Origin: Nanobdella aerobiophila
GTDB lineage: Archaea > Nanobdellota > Nanobdellia > Nanobdellales > Nanobdellaceae
Assembly (NCBI RefSeq): GCF_023169545.1
Contig: NZ_AP019769.1
Coordinates: 636,962 to 668,961 of the forward strand
Direction: 5' to 3'
Length of the DNA: 32,000 nt
Shown: positions 1 through 9,174 of the stretch, piece by piece
Position numbering within the stretch: position 1 is the first letter of the stretch
Layout: each line of letters starts with the position of its first letter
Program-made: the position numbers and the translations under genes
Notes under the pieces: generated by a model
The model's input: the letters and a program-made list of their open reading frames with translations, nothing else
Database searches by the model: none
What the model was told of the DNA's origin: nothing

Positions 1-509
1 ATAGAGTCCTCTATAGCTAAAACTGAATTTGGTACTATATTTAATAGATTTATTGCCTTAATATAACAATCAGGTTCTGGTTTCGGTTCCTTTACATCAT
101 CTCCAGTTATTATGATATCAAAAAGGTTTATTATACCAAGATTTTTTAATACCTCTACTGCCAACCTTCTGGTATTTGATGTAACTACCCCTATTTTTAA
201 CTTTTTATCTTTTAGATAATTTAATAAATTCTTTGCACCTGGATTAAAATGAATTTTATCAATATATTTGGATATAATAAGATCTTCTGATTCTCTCAAT
301 ATATCATCTACTGATGCATTTATATTATATTTATTCAATATATTTGATATCAATTCTCTTGGAGAAGCTCCAAAGGTATCAAATCCCTTTTCTGTGATAA
401 TATTATATCTTTCTAAGACAATTTTATGTACCTCATCATATACCTTTAAACTATTTATTAATGTACCATCAAGATCTATAATTACCGCCTTTAGATTATA
501 TATTATCAT
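1..509 (-). CDS. HAD-superfamily hydrolase (phosphatase / beta-phosphoglucomutase-like); N-terminal ~169 aa, 3' end outside the window
   Basis: Absent from the ORF track because it runs off the window edge. Manual reverse-strand translation from the ATG at 509-507 gives MIIYNLKAVIIDLDGTLINSLKVYDEVHKIVLERYN...KLKIGVVTSNTRR...IITGDDVKEPKPEPD...SVLAIEDS. HAD motif I (DxDGT), motif II (VVTSN), the Lys region and the start of motif IV (EDS) are all present. The + strand ORF 268-525 is its antisense shadow. Confidence 0.75.
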   Translation of the reverse strand, partial: MIIYNLKAVIIDLDGTLINSLKVYDEVHKIVLERYNIITEKGFDTFGASPRELISNILNKYNINASVDDILRESEDLIISKYIDKIHFNPGAKNLLNYLKDKKLKIGVVTSNTRRLAVEVLKNLGIINLFDIIITGDDVKEPKPEPDCYIKAINLLNIVPNSVLAIEDS

Positions 510-549
510 GAGAATAATATTTTAAGTAAAAACTATAAATTTATATAGA

Positions 550-1593
550 ATGGAAGATATAAGAAATATATTAAAAGAACGAATAATAAAAGATTATATA
601 AATACAGGAAAAGATCCTTTAAATAATATAATTGGACAAGAAAATTCAAAAAGACAAATATTATCATCTATATTGTCTGGAAGAAATATATTAATTATTG
701 GTCCTCCAGGTACAGGTAAGACAACAATAGCAAAGAATCTATCTTTATTATTACCAGATATAGATTTTCCAGCTAATATACCATTTTGGGCGTATCCAGA
801 ATTTCCTTTTGTCCCTGAAGAGTATAGAAAGAAGTGGGAAGAGGGACCATTCATAAAACTCCACGGAAATGATAGATTTATCAGAATTCAAGGTTCTTAT
901 GATATATCTGTAGAGGACTTAATTGGAGATATAGATCCTTCAAAAGCTTTAAAATATGGAATACATTCCATAGAATCCTTTATACCAGGTAAGATATTTA
1001 GGGCCCAACATGGTATATTATTTTTTGATGAGATAAATAGGGCTCCACCAAAAGTTCAAAATTTATTATTAGAACTATTAGAAGAGAAAAAGATAACGAT
1101 AGGTGCATATGAATTTCAGATTCCAATGGATATAATATTTATTGCCACTATGAATCCAGAAAATTATTATGGTACAGAAAAAATATCCGATGTGTTATTA
1201 GATAGATTCGATATAATAAATTTAAATTATCCAAAAAATATAGAAGAAGAAAAAAAGATAATATTAAAATATGGAAAGAATTTAAATATAGATTTTCCAG
1301 AAAATTTAATCGATCTATATCTAAATTTTATATTTGAATTAAGAAATGATGATAAATTAGATAAAAAACCATCTCCAAGATCTAGCATCGGTATATATGA
1401 GAAAGCTCAATCATTGGCAATATTAGATAAAAAAGATAAGGTAGAAATACAACATATATTCGAAGCTATATTATCTGTACTGCCGCATAGGATTAGATTA
1501 AAACCTGCATACAAAATAGAAGATAATGAAGAAGGATACATAAAAAATAAATGGTCCTCATTCAATATAGGAAAAGGATTTCGGAGTAGATAA
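550..1593 (+). CDS. AAA+ ATPase, MoxR / Mg-chelatase ChlI-like
   Basis: Walker A GPPGTGKTT, Walker B ILFFDEINRA, and FIATMNPE...LLDRFD sensor/arginine-finger region. A VWA-domain gene follows directly, which is the classic MoxR-VWA / ChlI-ChlD pairing. Confidence 0.8.
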   Translation: MEDIRNILKERIIKDYINTGKDPLNNIIGQENSKRQILSSILSGRNILIIGPPGTGKTTIAKNLSLLLPDIDFPANIPFWAYPEFPFVPEEYRKKWEEGPFIKLHGNDRFIRIQGSYDISVEDLIGDIDPSKALKYGIHSIESFIPGKIFRAQHGILFFDEINRAPPKVQNLLLELLEEKKITIGAYEFQIPMDIIFIATMNPENYYGTEKISDVLLDRFDIINLNYPKNIEEEKKIILKYGKNLNIDFPENLIDLYLNFIFELRNDDKLDKKPSPRSSIGIYEKAQSLAILDKKDKVEIQHIFEAILSVLPHRIRLKPAYKIEDNEEGYIKNKWSSFNIGKGFRSR

Positions 1594-1672
1594 TAATATA
1601 AATAGACCTGGAGAAAGCTTTAAGGAAAAAAGCAGGATAAATGATAATATAAAAGATATTGTAGAAGATATA

Positions 1673-2641
1673 TTGAGAGATGGAAATAGTATATTCGATA
1701 TAAATAAGTATTATGATAATAGAAAAAGATATTCTAAATTTATATCAAAGATTATAAACATAGACGAAAAGAGGATAAGAGACGATAAAAATGAAAGATT
1801 TGAAAAAGAACTAAAGAATTCACTGGAGAACATAAAAAATATAATGATAAGAGAAGGGTATTTAAAAGAAGACGGACAATTATCTGAACAAAGTTTAAGA
1901 TTATATGCAAAAGAGATAATTGGCGATATAGAAAAAGAAATATCTGGAATATTTGAGTATGGAAAATTTTATTCTAATAATATAGGAAAAGATGAATATC
2001 TATTCGGAAAAAACTTTGGCATAGGTGATAAATATAACGAAATTGATATTAAAAATACTATAAGAGAATATATTAAAAATAGAGATATAAAATTTATTGT
2101 AGAAAAGAAAAGAGAAAATAAGGGCGGTAAATATATAATATTGCTAGATATATCTGGAAGCATGATAGGAAAAAAGATATATGAAGCTAAAAAGGCACTA
2201 ATTGTATTGATAGAAAAAATATTGATAGATAATAACGCCGTCGATCTAATATTATTTAACGATAAATCAATAAAGAAATATTATAATATAAATAAAATAG
2301 AAAATATTATAGATATATTAAAGCTTGTTCCTAATGGTAGCACAGACATCGCCTCCACACTATATGAAGTATATAATGATATAGATAGTTTTTCACATAT
2401 AATAATCATTACTGATGCATTGCCTACATATGGAGAAAAACCTATTGATAGAACATTAGAAATTACAAAGATAATAAGTAATAAAGCATATATATCAATA
2501 ATTGGTATAGGATTAAATCAGGAGGGAGAGAGGATAGCAAAACTTATAACTAAATATGGAAATGGAAGATTATTTATAACTAAAAATATAGAAGACTTGA
2601 AAAAATTAGTTCTTATAGAATATGAATTGTCTAAATTATAG
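1673..2641 (+). CDS. von Willebrand factor A (VWA) domain protein, partner of the upstream AAA+ ATPase
   Basis: MIDAS motif in YIILLDISGSM (DxSxS), then GSTDIAS and IIIITDA, in the C-terminal half. The start is uncertain: the track start is a TTG, the frame is open back to 1571, and the first in-frame ATG is at 1844. Confidence 0.75.
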   Translation: MRDGNSIFDINKYYDNRKRYSKFISKIINIDEKRIRDDKNERFEKELKNSLENIKNIMIREGYLKEDGQLSEQSLRLYAKEIIGDIEKEISGIFEYGKFYSNNIGKDEYLFGKNFGIGDKYNEIDIKNTIREYIKNRDIKFIVEKKRENKGGKYIILLDISGSMIGKKIYEAKKALIVLIEKILIDNNAVDLILFNDKSIKKYYNINKIENIIDILKLVPNGSTDIASTLYEVYNDIDSFSHIIIITDALPTYGEKPIDRTLEITKIISNKAYISIIGIGLNQEGERIAKLITKYGNGRLFITKNIEDLKKLVLIEYELSKL

Positions 2642-3188
2642 ACTTTAATATGTCTTTTTCAGCTATATTTTCTCCCAAATATTTCTTATATTTTCCAGAT
2701 AATTTTTTCTTAGCTACCTCCAAATAAAAGTCTATATTTTTCATAAATTCTAGTTTATTGAAATATATAGATAATACAATATCTTTATAATGTATTTGGG
2801 CTGCTCTAGTATATGGTTTTCCAAAAGATAGTCTCATTCCTTGTGAAATCCTGTCCGCACCTGCACCATATACTAATGAATGCTCTCTTACCACATGATG
2901 CGGATATTTTCTTACAATAAATAAGAATTCTTTTACTTCTTCTTCTAGATATTTTGTTAAATTTGTTCTAACAGATTCTAAAGCATAATCAGATAATTGT
3001 ATTGTTTCTATAGAAATTATGTGCCCTGCATATTTCCATTGGTCTATTGGTACACTCTTCAATCCCATTATATTCATTCTTAATTTTGATACTGGAGATC
3101 CTGGTATTTTATTATGCTTCTTACTATATGAAAATCTTGTATATGGTCTTTCAATTTCTTTAAATATTCTCCAAGGCCTTTTTGCCAT
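2631..3188 (-). CDS. rpl10e: 50S ribosomal protein L10e (uL16)
   Basis: MAKRPWRIFKEIERPYTRFSY...IPGSP...YPHHVVREHS...GAGADRISQGMRLSFGKPYTRAAQ matches conserved archaeal L10e blocks. Its 3' end overlaps the convergent VWA gene by 11 nt. Confidence 0.9.
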   Translation of the reverse strand: MAKRPWRIFKEIERPYTRFSYSKKHNKIPGSPVSKLRMNIMGLKSVPIDQWKYAGHIISIETIQLSDYALESVRTNLTKYLEEEVKEFLFIVRKYPHHVVREHSLVYGAGADRISQGMRLSFGKPYTRAAQIHYKDIVLSIYFNKLEFMKNIDFYLEVAKKKLSGKYKKYLGENIAEKDILKSII

Positions 3189-3658
3189 TATAACATTCTT
3201 TTCAACAATATATTTATATCTTTGCCATAATAACCATAAGCGCCACCATGTTTATAATCGAACTTTATTCCCTTCCTTTTATAGCCTCCTTTTGGTGGAA
3301 CCAGTCTAAAGAATGGTTTTATATCTTGTATATCATTCATATTTATCTCTGAATTGTATAATTTTTCAACAAATTCATCAAAACTCATTTTTAACTTATC
3401 CTTTATATAATCTTCTGTCAATTTTTTATTTCCTTTTATTCTCCCTCTATTCAATAACAATTCTTTTAATGTATCTCTATCTATTTCCCCCCATGCTACC
3501 CAGGGTTCTACTTTTCTTACCATATTTACTATAGAATCTGTCTTATCAAGTATAACTGCATAGTTATTTCTTCTCAACCTTAGTAAATACAATGTATCCT
3601 TTATCTCTTTTTTCGCTTTATTTGTTCCTCTAATTCTTATAACTATGATCTTCTCCAT
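3188..3658 (-). CDS. rpl30p: 50S ribosomal protein L30 (uL30)
   Basis: MEKIIVIRIRGTNKAKKEIKDTLYLLRLRRNNYAVILD...WGEID...FRLVPPKGGYK...LLKRML is collinear with archaeal L30. I prefer the ATG at 3658 (1 nt after the S5 stop) over the track's upstream TTG at 3667. The stop overlaps the rpl10e ATG (TAATG). Confidence 0.9.
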   Translation of the reverse strand: MEKIIVIRIRGTNKAKKEIKDTLYLLRLRRNNYAVILDKTDSIVNMVRKVEPWVAWGEIDRDTLKELLLNRGRIKGNKKLTEDYIKDKLKMSFDEFVEKLYNSEINMNDIQDIKPFFRLVPPKGGYKRKGIKFDYKHGGAYGYYGKDINILLKRML

Positions 3659-3659
3659 T

Positions 3660-4418
3660 TTATGCAAATCCTATCTTTATTCCCGATATCTCTTTATATT
3701 CTGGCCTTATTCTATAATCTAGAGTCTTCTTTAGTGCATTATATGTAGCTACAGCAAAATTAATCCTCTTTCTTGTCTGACCAAATGATTTCATCCATAG
3801 ATCTCTTATACCTGCAAGCTTTAATATTTTCTTCATTTCTTCAGAGGCGACAAGACCGATACCTTTTGGAGCTGGCAATAATGTTACTCTAACAGAACCT
3901 GAACTTCCATCTACCCTATAGGGCAAAGAATGCGGTGTCCTACAAGAACATTCCCAAGAACCGCATCCCCTGGCAATTGGAATTATGTTTAATTTTGCAA
4001 TCCTCAATGCTTTCTCCATGGATAATTGAACATCCCAAGATTTTCCAACTCCAACACCTATATACCCATTTTCATTTCCGACTGCCGCGATAGAGACCCA
4101 AGATGTCTTATTACCCTCGGCAGTCTTCCTTTGAACCATTTTTACCAATTTTGGTCTCCTATATTTTCCCCTTGACAATGATAATTTTATATAATTATAT
4201 TTTAGATTTGGTAACAATATATCCACAACCTCTGGCTCTAATATCTTGTATCCTTGAGAAAATACCTGTTCTATTGATGTTATTTTTCCTTCCTTAACCA
4301 ATTTTCCTAATTTGGTTTTTGGATTCCAAGAATCTAAGTCATTATTCGTATTATCTATCTTTTTTAATGTTTCATTTTCTTTTTCTTCAGCTTTTTCTAA
4401 TATATCATTATCTACCAT
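3660..4418 (-). CDS. rps5p: 30S ribosomal protein S5 (uS5)
   Basis: AVGNENGYIGVGVGKSWDVQLSMEKALRIAKLNIIPIARGCGSWEC...VTLLPAPKGIGLVAS... covers the typical uS5 dsRBD and C-terminal domain. The conserved S5-L30 adjacency is kept. Confidence 0.9.
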   Translation of the reverse strand: MVDNDILEKAEEKENETLKKIDNTNNDLDSWNPKTKLGKLVKEGKITSIEQVFSQGYKILEPEVVDILLPNLKYNYIKLSLSRGKYRRPKLVKMVQRKTAEGNKTSWVSIAAVGNENGYIGVGVGKSWDVQLSMEKALRIAKLNIIPIARGCGSWECSCRTPHSLPYRVDGSSGSVRVTLLPAPKGIGLVASEEMKKILKLAGIRDLWMKSFGQTRKRINFAVATYNALKKTLDYRIRPEYKEISGIKIGFA

Positions 4419-4576
4419 TTTCTATCTAATTTATAACTCCATGAATATGCCCTTAATTTACTAGTCCTCCCGAAACCACAATGTGAACAGTATCCCTTAT
4501 CTGGATTATATGTCATTCTCCCACATCTTCTACATATAACATGATTCTTTTTATTTACGCCACCAGTCGTAGTCAT
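4412..4576 (-). CDS. rpl37e: 50S ribosomal protein L37e (eL37), zinc ribbon
   Basis: Below the ORF-track size cutoff; translated codon by codon by hand as MTTTGGVNKKNHVICRRCGRMTYNPDKGYCSHCGFGRTSKLRAYSWSYKLDRKW (54 aa). The CxxC...CxxC ribbon and the ...YSW... tail are typical of eL37. The stop overlaps the rps5p start by 7 nt. Confidence 0.8.
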   Translation of the reverse strand: MTTTGGVNKKNHVICRRCGRMTYNPDKGYCSHCGFGRTSKLRAYSWSYKLDRKW

Positions 4577-4664
4577 TTATCATGATATATATAATAAGTT
4601 TTATAAAAGATATTGAAAGATAAATTTTCAGTATAATTATGAATCTTTTTATTATAAAATTTTT

Positions 4665-5075
4665 ATGGAAAAAAATAAAAGTACATCATATAATATAAAC
4701 TTATATCCATTTATAGAACTTCTGGTAACGATTGGCGTTTTGATTGAACTTTATATTAATAACATGAGTTTTTATATGATTTATAGTATTTGCCTACCAA
4801 TAATGGCAATTATTATACTAATATATATAAATAATAACGGAAAATTTCGATATAACTTAAAATATATTTCAAAATTTTCGGATTATATATCTAATTTTTA
4901 TATTTACATATTTATTATTTCTTTATTATTAGCTATAATATTATTAATCTTATATTATTCTTTTAACAAATACATAGATATATTTTCATCTATAATAGAA
5001 TTATTATCCATATTAGAAGGCACGATTGTTATAAGTTTAATGACTAGCAAAGTAAAAAATTATCAAAAATATTAA
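4665..5075 (+). CDS. Small polytopic membrane protein, function unknown
   Basis: About four hydrophobic helices (e.g. YPFIELLVTIGVLIELY, ICLPIMAIIILIYI, IYIFIISLLLAIILLILYY). The stop is 1 nt before the start of the GT2 gene, so it is probably co-transcribed. Confidence 0.5.
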   Translation: MEKNKSTSYNINLYPFIELLVTIGVLIELYINNMSFYMIYSICLPIMAIIILIYINNNGKFRYNLKYISKFSDYISNFYIYIFIISLLLAIILLILYYSFNKYIDIFSSIIELLSILEGTIVISLMTSKVKNYQKY

Positions 5076-5076
5076 A

Positions 5077-6129
5077 ATGAATATATCTATTATAATACCT
5101 ACTTTAAATGAAAAAAATAATATCAAAGAATTAATTGAAAGGATAGAAAATACATTAAAGAATATTCCTTATGAAATTATTTTTATTGATGATGGATCAA
5201 AAGATGGAACTATTGATGAAATAAACAAATATAAAAATAATAATGTAATTTTAATTGAAAGAGGGAGTAAAAAAGGATTGGGATCTGCATTTATTGATGG
5301 ATTAAAGATATCTAAAGGTAAATATATAGTTTTAATGGATGCAGATTTACAACATCCTCCAGAATTATTAATTGAATTATATAATAATATAAAAGATTAC
5401 GATCTAGTAATTGCATCAAGATATATAAAAGGCGGATCTGTTGAAAATTGGAATATAATAAGAAAAATAATATCAAAAGGTGCTATATTTATTTCTCATT
5501 TATTATTACCTGAAACAAAAAAAATAAAAGATACAATGTCAGGTTATTTTATTATTAGAAAAGAATTATTAAATGATTTTAATGTAACGGATCCTCATGA
5601 GTATAAAGTATTATTAGATATTTTGGTAAAAATAAAGCCTGAGAAAATTTTAGAAATTCCTTATATATTTAAAGAAAGAAAATATGGAAAATCAAAATTA
5701 GGTAAAAAAATAATATTTGGATATTTAAAACAGGTATTAAAATTATTTTCCTGGGAACAATTTATTAAATTTAATTTGGTTGGTATATCAGGTATTTTTA
5801 TTAATTTAGGTTCTCTATATTTATTATACAATTTTTTACCATTTTATTTATCTTCATTTTTAGCAATTTTTATTTCAATAATATGGGTATTCATTTTTAA
5901 TGACATTTGGGTATTTAGAGAAGAGAGGAAATATAAAAAATTCTGGAAAAGATTTATTGAATTTGTAGGAGGTAGAAGTATTATATCAAAACCTGTACAA
6001 TATTTAATAGCTTTAGGATTTTATTATATATTCGGCATAAATTATATAATATCACAATTAATAGGAATAATTATTGCTGCAATAATAAATTGGTTTTATA
6101 CAAAAAATTATGTATATCGGATTTCATGA
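5077..6129 (+). CDS. GT2-family glycosyltransferase with C-terminal transmembrane (GtrA-like) region; dolichyl-phosphate mannose/glucose synthase-like
   Basis: IIIPTLNEKNNI...IFIDDGSKDGT...LMDADLQHPP (GT-A fold with DxD) followed by about four C-terminal TM helices. The architecture and ~350-aa size match archaeal DPMS-type enzymes. Confidence 0.75.
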   Translation: MNISIIIPTLNEKNNIKELIERIENTLKNIPYEIIFIDDGSKDGTIDEINKYKNNNVILIERGSKKGLGSAFIDGLKISKGKYIVLMDADLQHPPELLIELYNNIKDYDLVIASRYIKGGSVENWNIIRKIISKGAIFISHLLLPETKKIKDTMSGYFIIRKELLNDFNVTDPHEYKVLLDILVKIKPEKILEIPYIFKERKYGKSKLGKKIIFGYLKQVLKLFSWEQFIKFNLVGISGIFINLGSLYLLYNFLPFYLSSFLAIFISIIWVFIFNDIWVFREERKYKKFWKRFIEFVGGRSIISKPVQYLIALGFYYIFGINYIISQLIGIIIAAIINWFYTKNYVYRIS

Positions 6130-6461
6130 ACAATATCTCCATATGACCTCTGAAGTATAATATAAATTGCAATATCATTAGAGTTATTTGAAAATGATAT
6201 ACTAATACTATCATATCATAGTCATTCTCTAAATAAGCTATTATCTATCCTATTTACAGATCTTTTACTAGATAGATTGTTATTGTTTTGAATGCTTTAT
6301 TCATCTGCTAAAGATCCTTATTTATAAAGATTCAATAGTTCTGACAAGCCCTTACATGATTTTAAAAACCCATACAAGTCCCGCATACACTATAATCACA
6401 AAAAATATTTTTTACATAAGGTCATAGTTAACTTAAATATTTGTAAGTATTGTAAAAAATA

Positions 6462-6911
6462 ATGGACGAAGATTTAATCGTTATTAAAATTTATAATTAT
6501 ACGACCAGATCCTTAAGGTCCATAATGAGCATAATATCCTATATAATATTAATAGGCTTCATAATGTATTTATCAATCTATAATTACATTTTAATATTTA
6601 TATTTTCTGTCATAACTATAATATCATTTTATATTAAAAATATAATAAAAAAGGAAAGGCCAATAGATAAATTTGATATAGAAAGAAAAAATATAATAGA
6701 TAACTTTTCATTTCCGAGTATTCACACAATATTATCCATTTTTATATTCTTTATAACAATAAATCCCATAATATTAATAGTCCCTATCTTAAGGGTCTTA
6801 TCTCTAAGACATTATATTGTAGATGTATTATATTCTTCATTTATCGGAATTTCTATATATTTACTATATTATATTTTATATTATCAACATTTTATTATAT
6901 TTCGATGGTAA
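6462..6911 (+). CDS. PAP2-family membrane phosphatase (polyprenyl/dolichyl-diphosphate phosphatase-like)
   Basis: All three PAP2 motifs are recognisable: K(x)ERP (KKERPID), PSxH (SFPSIHT) and Rx5Hx3D (RVLSLRHYIVD). They sit in a multi-TM protein. Confidence 0.6.
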   Translation: MDEDLIVIKIYNYTTRSLRSIMSIISYIILIGFIMYLSIYNYILIFIFSVITIISFYIKNIIKKERPIDKFDIERKNIIDNFSFPSIHTILSIFIFFITINPIILIVPILRVLSLRHYIVDVLYSSFIGISIYLLYYILYYQHFIIFRW

Positions 6912-6953
6912 AAAATATCAAAAATTGTTATTATTCCATAACAAAATGACAGG

Positions 6954-8231
6954 TTATTTATAAATAATATTTTTAATATTATCTAGTTCTTCAATTTTTA
7001 TATTTATTCTTTCTTTTGTCTCTCTATCTTGTAATAATACAAAGCCATTTTTAATCTCTTTTTCCCCCACAATTAGCAGATATCTAATATCTTTATCTAC
7101 TGCATATTTTATTTGTTTATTAAAATCTCTACTCATAATATCTATATAACAATTTATACCAATAGATCTTAATTTATTACATATACTCCATGCGTCTTTT
7201 AATGTATTATTAAAATATACCACTACTAGATCTGTATATGTCTTTTTTTTCATCTTAAATATCTTTAATTCTATACCCGCATCAATTAACCTCTCTATTC
7301 CTATACTACCTCCAACTGCTGGTATATCTCTATTAGAAAATTTTCCTATAAGATTATCATACCTACCACCACCTGCTAAAGAACCGATCTTAGGTTCATC
7401 GACTCTTGCCTCAAATATCATACCAGTATAATAATCCAATCCTCTTACTAAAGATAAAGATAATTCTACATTTTTTTTATCTACTAATAAATCAAAGATA
7501 TTATTATTATAATTTATCAGTTCATTTAGATCATTAAATTTTGACAAATAATCGATTAGTTCCTGATCCTTCAGTTGTATTATATTTATTATTTTATTAG
7601 ATGTATCTGTATCTAATATAGAATTCAGTTCCTTTTCTACGTTTTCTATACCTATCTTATCTAACTTATCTATAATATTATATACTTTAAATATTTTATC
7701 CTGATTTATTGATAATAATTTTTCAAATATGTACCTTAAAAATTCTCTATTATTTATTATAATCTTGTAATTATTGAATTTAAATTCCTTAAAAACTTCA
7801 ATTACTAGATTTATTATTTCTGCATCACTTGTGTACTCCCTTGATCCTATTATGTCGAAATCCGCCTGATAGAACTCTCTATACCTCCCTTTTTGGGGAT
7901 TATCGTACCTATAAGACTTATCAATTACATATCTCTTAAATGGGAGTGGGAATTGAAATCTAGAATAGAATCTTGCCAAAGGAATAGTATGATCATATCT
8001 TAATGAGTATTCTTTATCAGAATAAGGTAGTCTAAATCTCCATATTAATTTATTTTCTGCTTCTTCGCCATATTTTCCTTTTAGTATATCCCAATATTCT
8101 ACTGTCGATGTCTCTATAGGATCAAAGCCGTATCTAATAAAAATTTTTTCTATCCTATTAAAAATTTTCTTTCTTAATATCTTTATCTCTGGAGTAAAGT
8201 CCCTCAAACCTGCAGGTGGTTCTAAATTCAT
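6954..8231 (-). CDS. hisS: Histidyl-tRNA synthetase
   Basis: Class II aaRS motifs and HisRS blocks: GLRDFTP, YRYDNPQKGRYREFYQADFDIIG, GGGRYDNLIG, AVGGSIGIERL, plus a C-terminal anticodon-binding domain. Confidence 0.9.
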   Translation of the reverse strand: MNLEPPAGLRDFTPEIKILRKKIFNRIEKIFIRYGFDPIETSTVEYWDILKGKYGEEAENKLIWRFRLPYSDKEYSLRYDHTIPLARFYSRFQFPLPFKRYVIDKSYRYDNPQKGRYREFYQADFDIIGSREYTSDAEIINLVIEVFKEFKFNNYKIIINNREFLRYIFEKLLSINQDKIFKVYNIIDKLDKIGIENVEKELNSILDTDTSNKIINIIQLKDQELIDYLSKFNDLNELINYNNNIFDLLVDKKNVELSLSLVRGLDYYTGMIFEARVDEPKIGSLAGGGRYDNLIGKFSNRDIPAVGGSIGIERLIDAGIELKIFKMKKKTYTDLVVVYFNNTLKDAWSICNKLRSIGINCYIDIMSRDFNKQIKYAVDKDIRYLLIVGEKEIKNGFVLLQDRETKERINIKIEELDNIKNIIYK

Positions 8232-8272
8232 TATAATATTTTAAAAATATTCTTTAATAAGATATTTCTATC

Positions 8273-8719
8273 ATGGTTGTTCATAGAAGGAAAAAATATA
8301 GGAAATCATTAGGATCAAGATATGCTAGAAGAGGGAATAGTGATAGAAATAGAGGAAAAGGAAATAAAGGTGGAGCTGGATTTTCTGGATGGAGATTTAA
8401 GAAACAGAAATATATAAAAATAATAAAAGAATTTCCAGAAAAGCTGGAGGACAAAAAAGGATTTACAAACCCAAGATATAATAAACAAAAGACCTACATA
8501 AATTTAAGAGATATTAATAATTATTTTGATTTATTATTAGAAGAGGGTATATTAAAAGAGGAAAATAATGTATATATATTAAATTTAAATGAATTAAATA
8601 TAGATAAATTATTAGGAACTGGAAAAATTGATAAGAAAATGACTATAATAGTAAAAGAAGCTTCAGAAAATGCAATAGAAAAGGTTAAAAATATAGGTGG
8701 AGAAGTTATAATTCAATAA
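8273..8719 (+). CDS. rpl15p: 50S ribosomal protein L15 (uL15)
   Basis: The basic Gly-rich N-terminus RRKKYRKSLGSRYARRGNSDRNRGKGNKGGAGFSG and the C-terminal KLLGTGKIDKKMTIIVKEASENAIEKVKNIGGEV are typical of uL15. Confidence 0.85.
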   Translation: MVVHRRKKYRKSLGSRYARRGNSDRNRGKGNKGGAGFSGWRFKKQKYIKIIKEFPEKLEDKKGFTNPRYNKQKTYINLRDINNYFDLLLEEGILKEENNVYILNLNELNIDKLLGTGKIDKKMTIIVKEASENAIEKVKNIGGEVIIQ

Positions 8720-9168
8720 TGGACTTATCTTCAAAGAAGAGGATAGCAGCGGATATATTAAATGTAGGTATAGATAGGGTTTGGATAGACCCTAATAAAC
8801 TAGAAGATGTTCAAAAGGCATTGAGCAGACAAGATATAAAGGACCTAATAGATAAGGGAATAATAAGGTCCAAGCAAATAAAAGGACAATCAAGAGTTTT
8901 AGCTAGATATAAGCAACTACAAAGACTTAAAGGTAGAAGGAGAGGTATAGGAAATAGAAAAGGAACAAAAAAGGCTAGAAACAACAAAAAAGAAAAGTGG
9001 ATGATAAAAATAAGGGCAATAAGGAGATTAATAAAACAATTAAAATCTGAAAACAAAATAGATAGATCGACATATAGAATTATATATAATAAATCGAAAA
9101 GTGGAGCCTTTAGAAACAAGAGACACATATTAACATATCTAAAAGAGACAGGTATATTAAAAGAATAA
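8719..9168 (+). CDS. rpl19e: 50S ribosomal protein L19e (eL19)
   Basis: SSKKRIAADILNVGIDRVWIDPNKLEDVQKALSRQDIKDLIDKGII...GQSRVLAR...GRRRGIGNRKGTKKAR matches eL19. The start overlaps the rpl15p stop (TAATG). Confidence 0.9.
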   Translation: MDLSSKKRIAADILNVGIDRVWIDPNKLEDVQKALSRQDIKDLIDKGIIRSKQIKGQSRVLARYKQLQRLKGRRRGIGNRKGTKKARNNKKEKWMIKIRAIRRLIKQLKSENKIDRSTYRIIYNKSKSGAFRNKRHILTYLKETGILKE

Positions 9169-9174
9169 TTTCTA

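Noticed and set aside
268-525. The track's + strand ORF of 85 aa at the start of the window.
   Set aside because: It is antisense to a well-supported HAD hydrolase CDS (1-509, minus). Its Ile/Phe/Ser-rich low-complexity composition is typical of shadow ORFs in AT-rich DNA.
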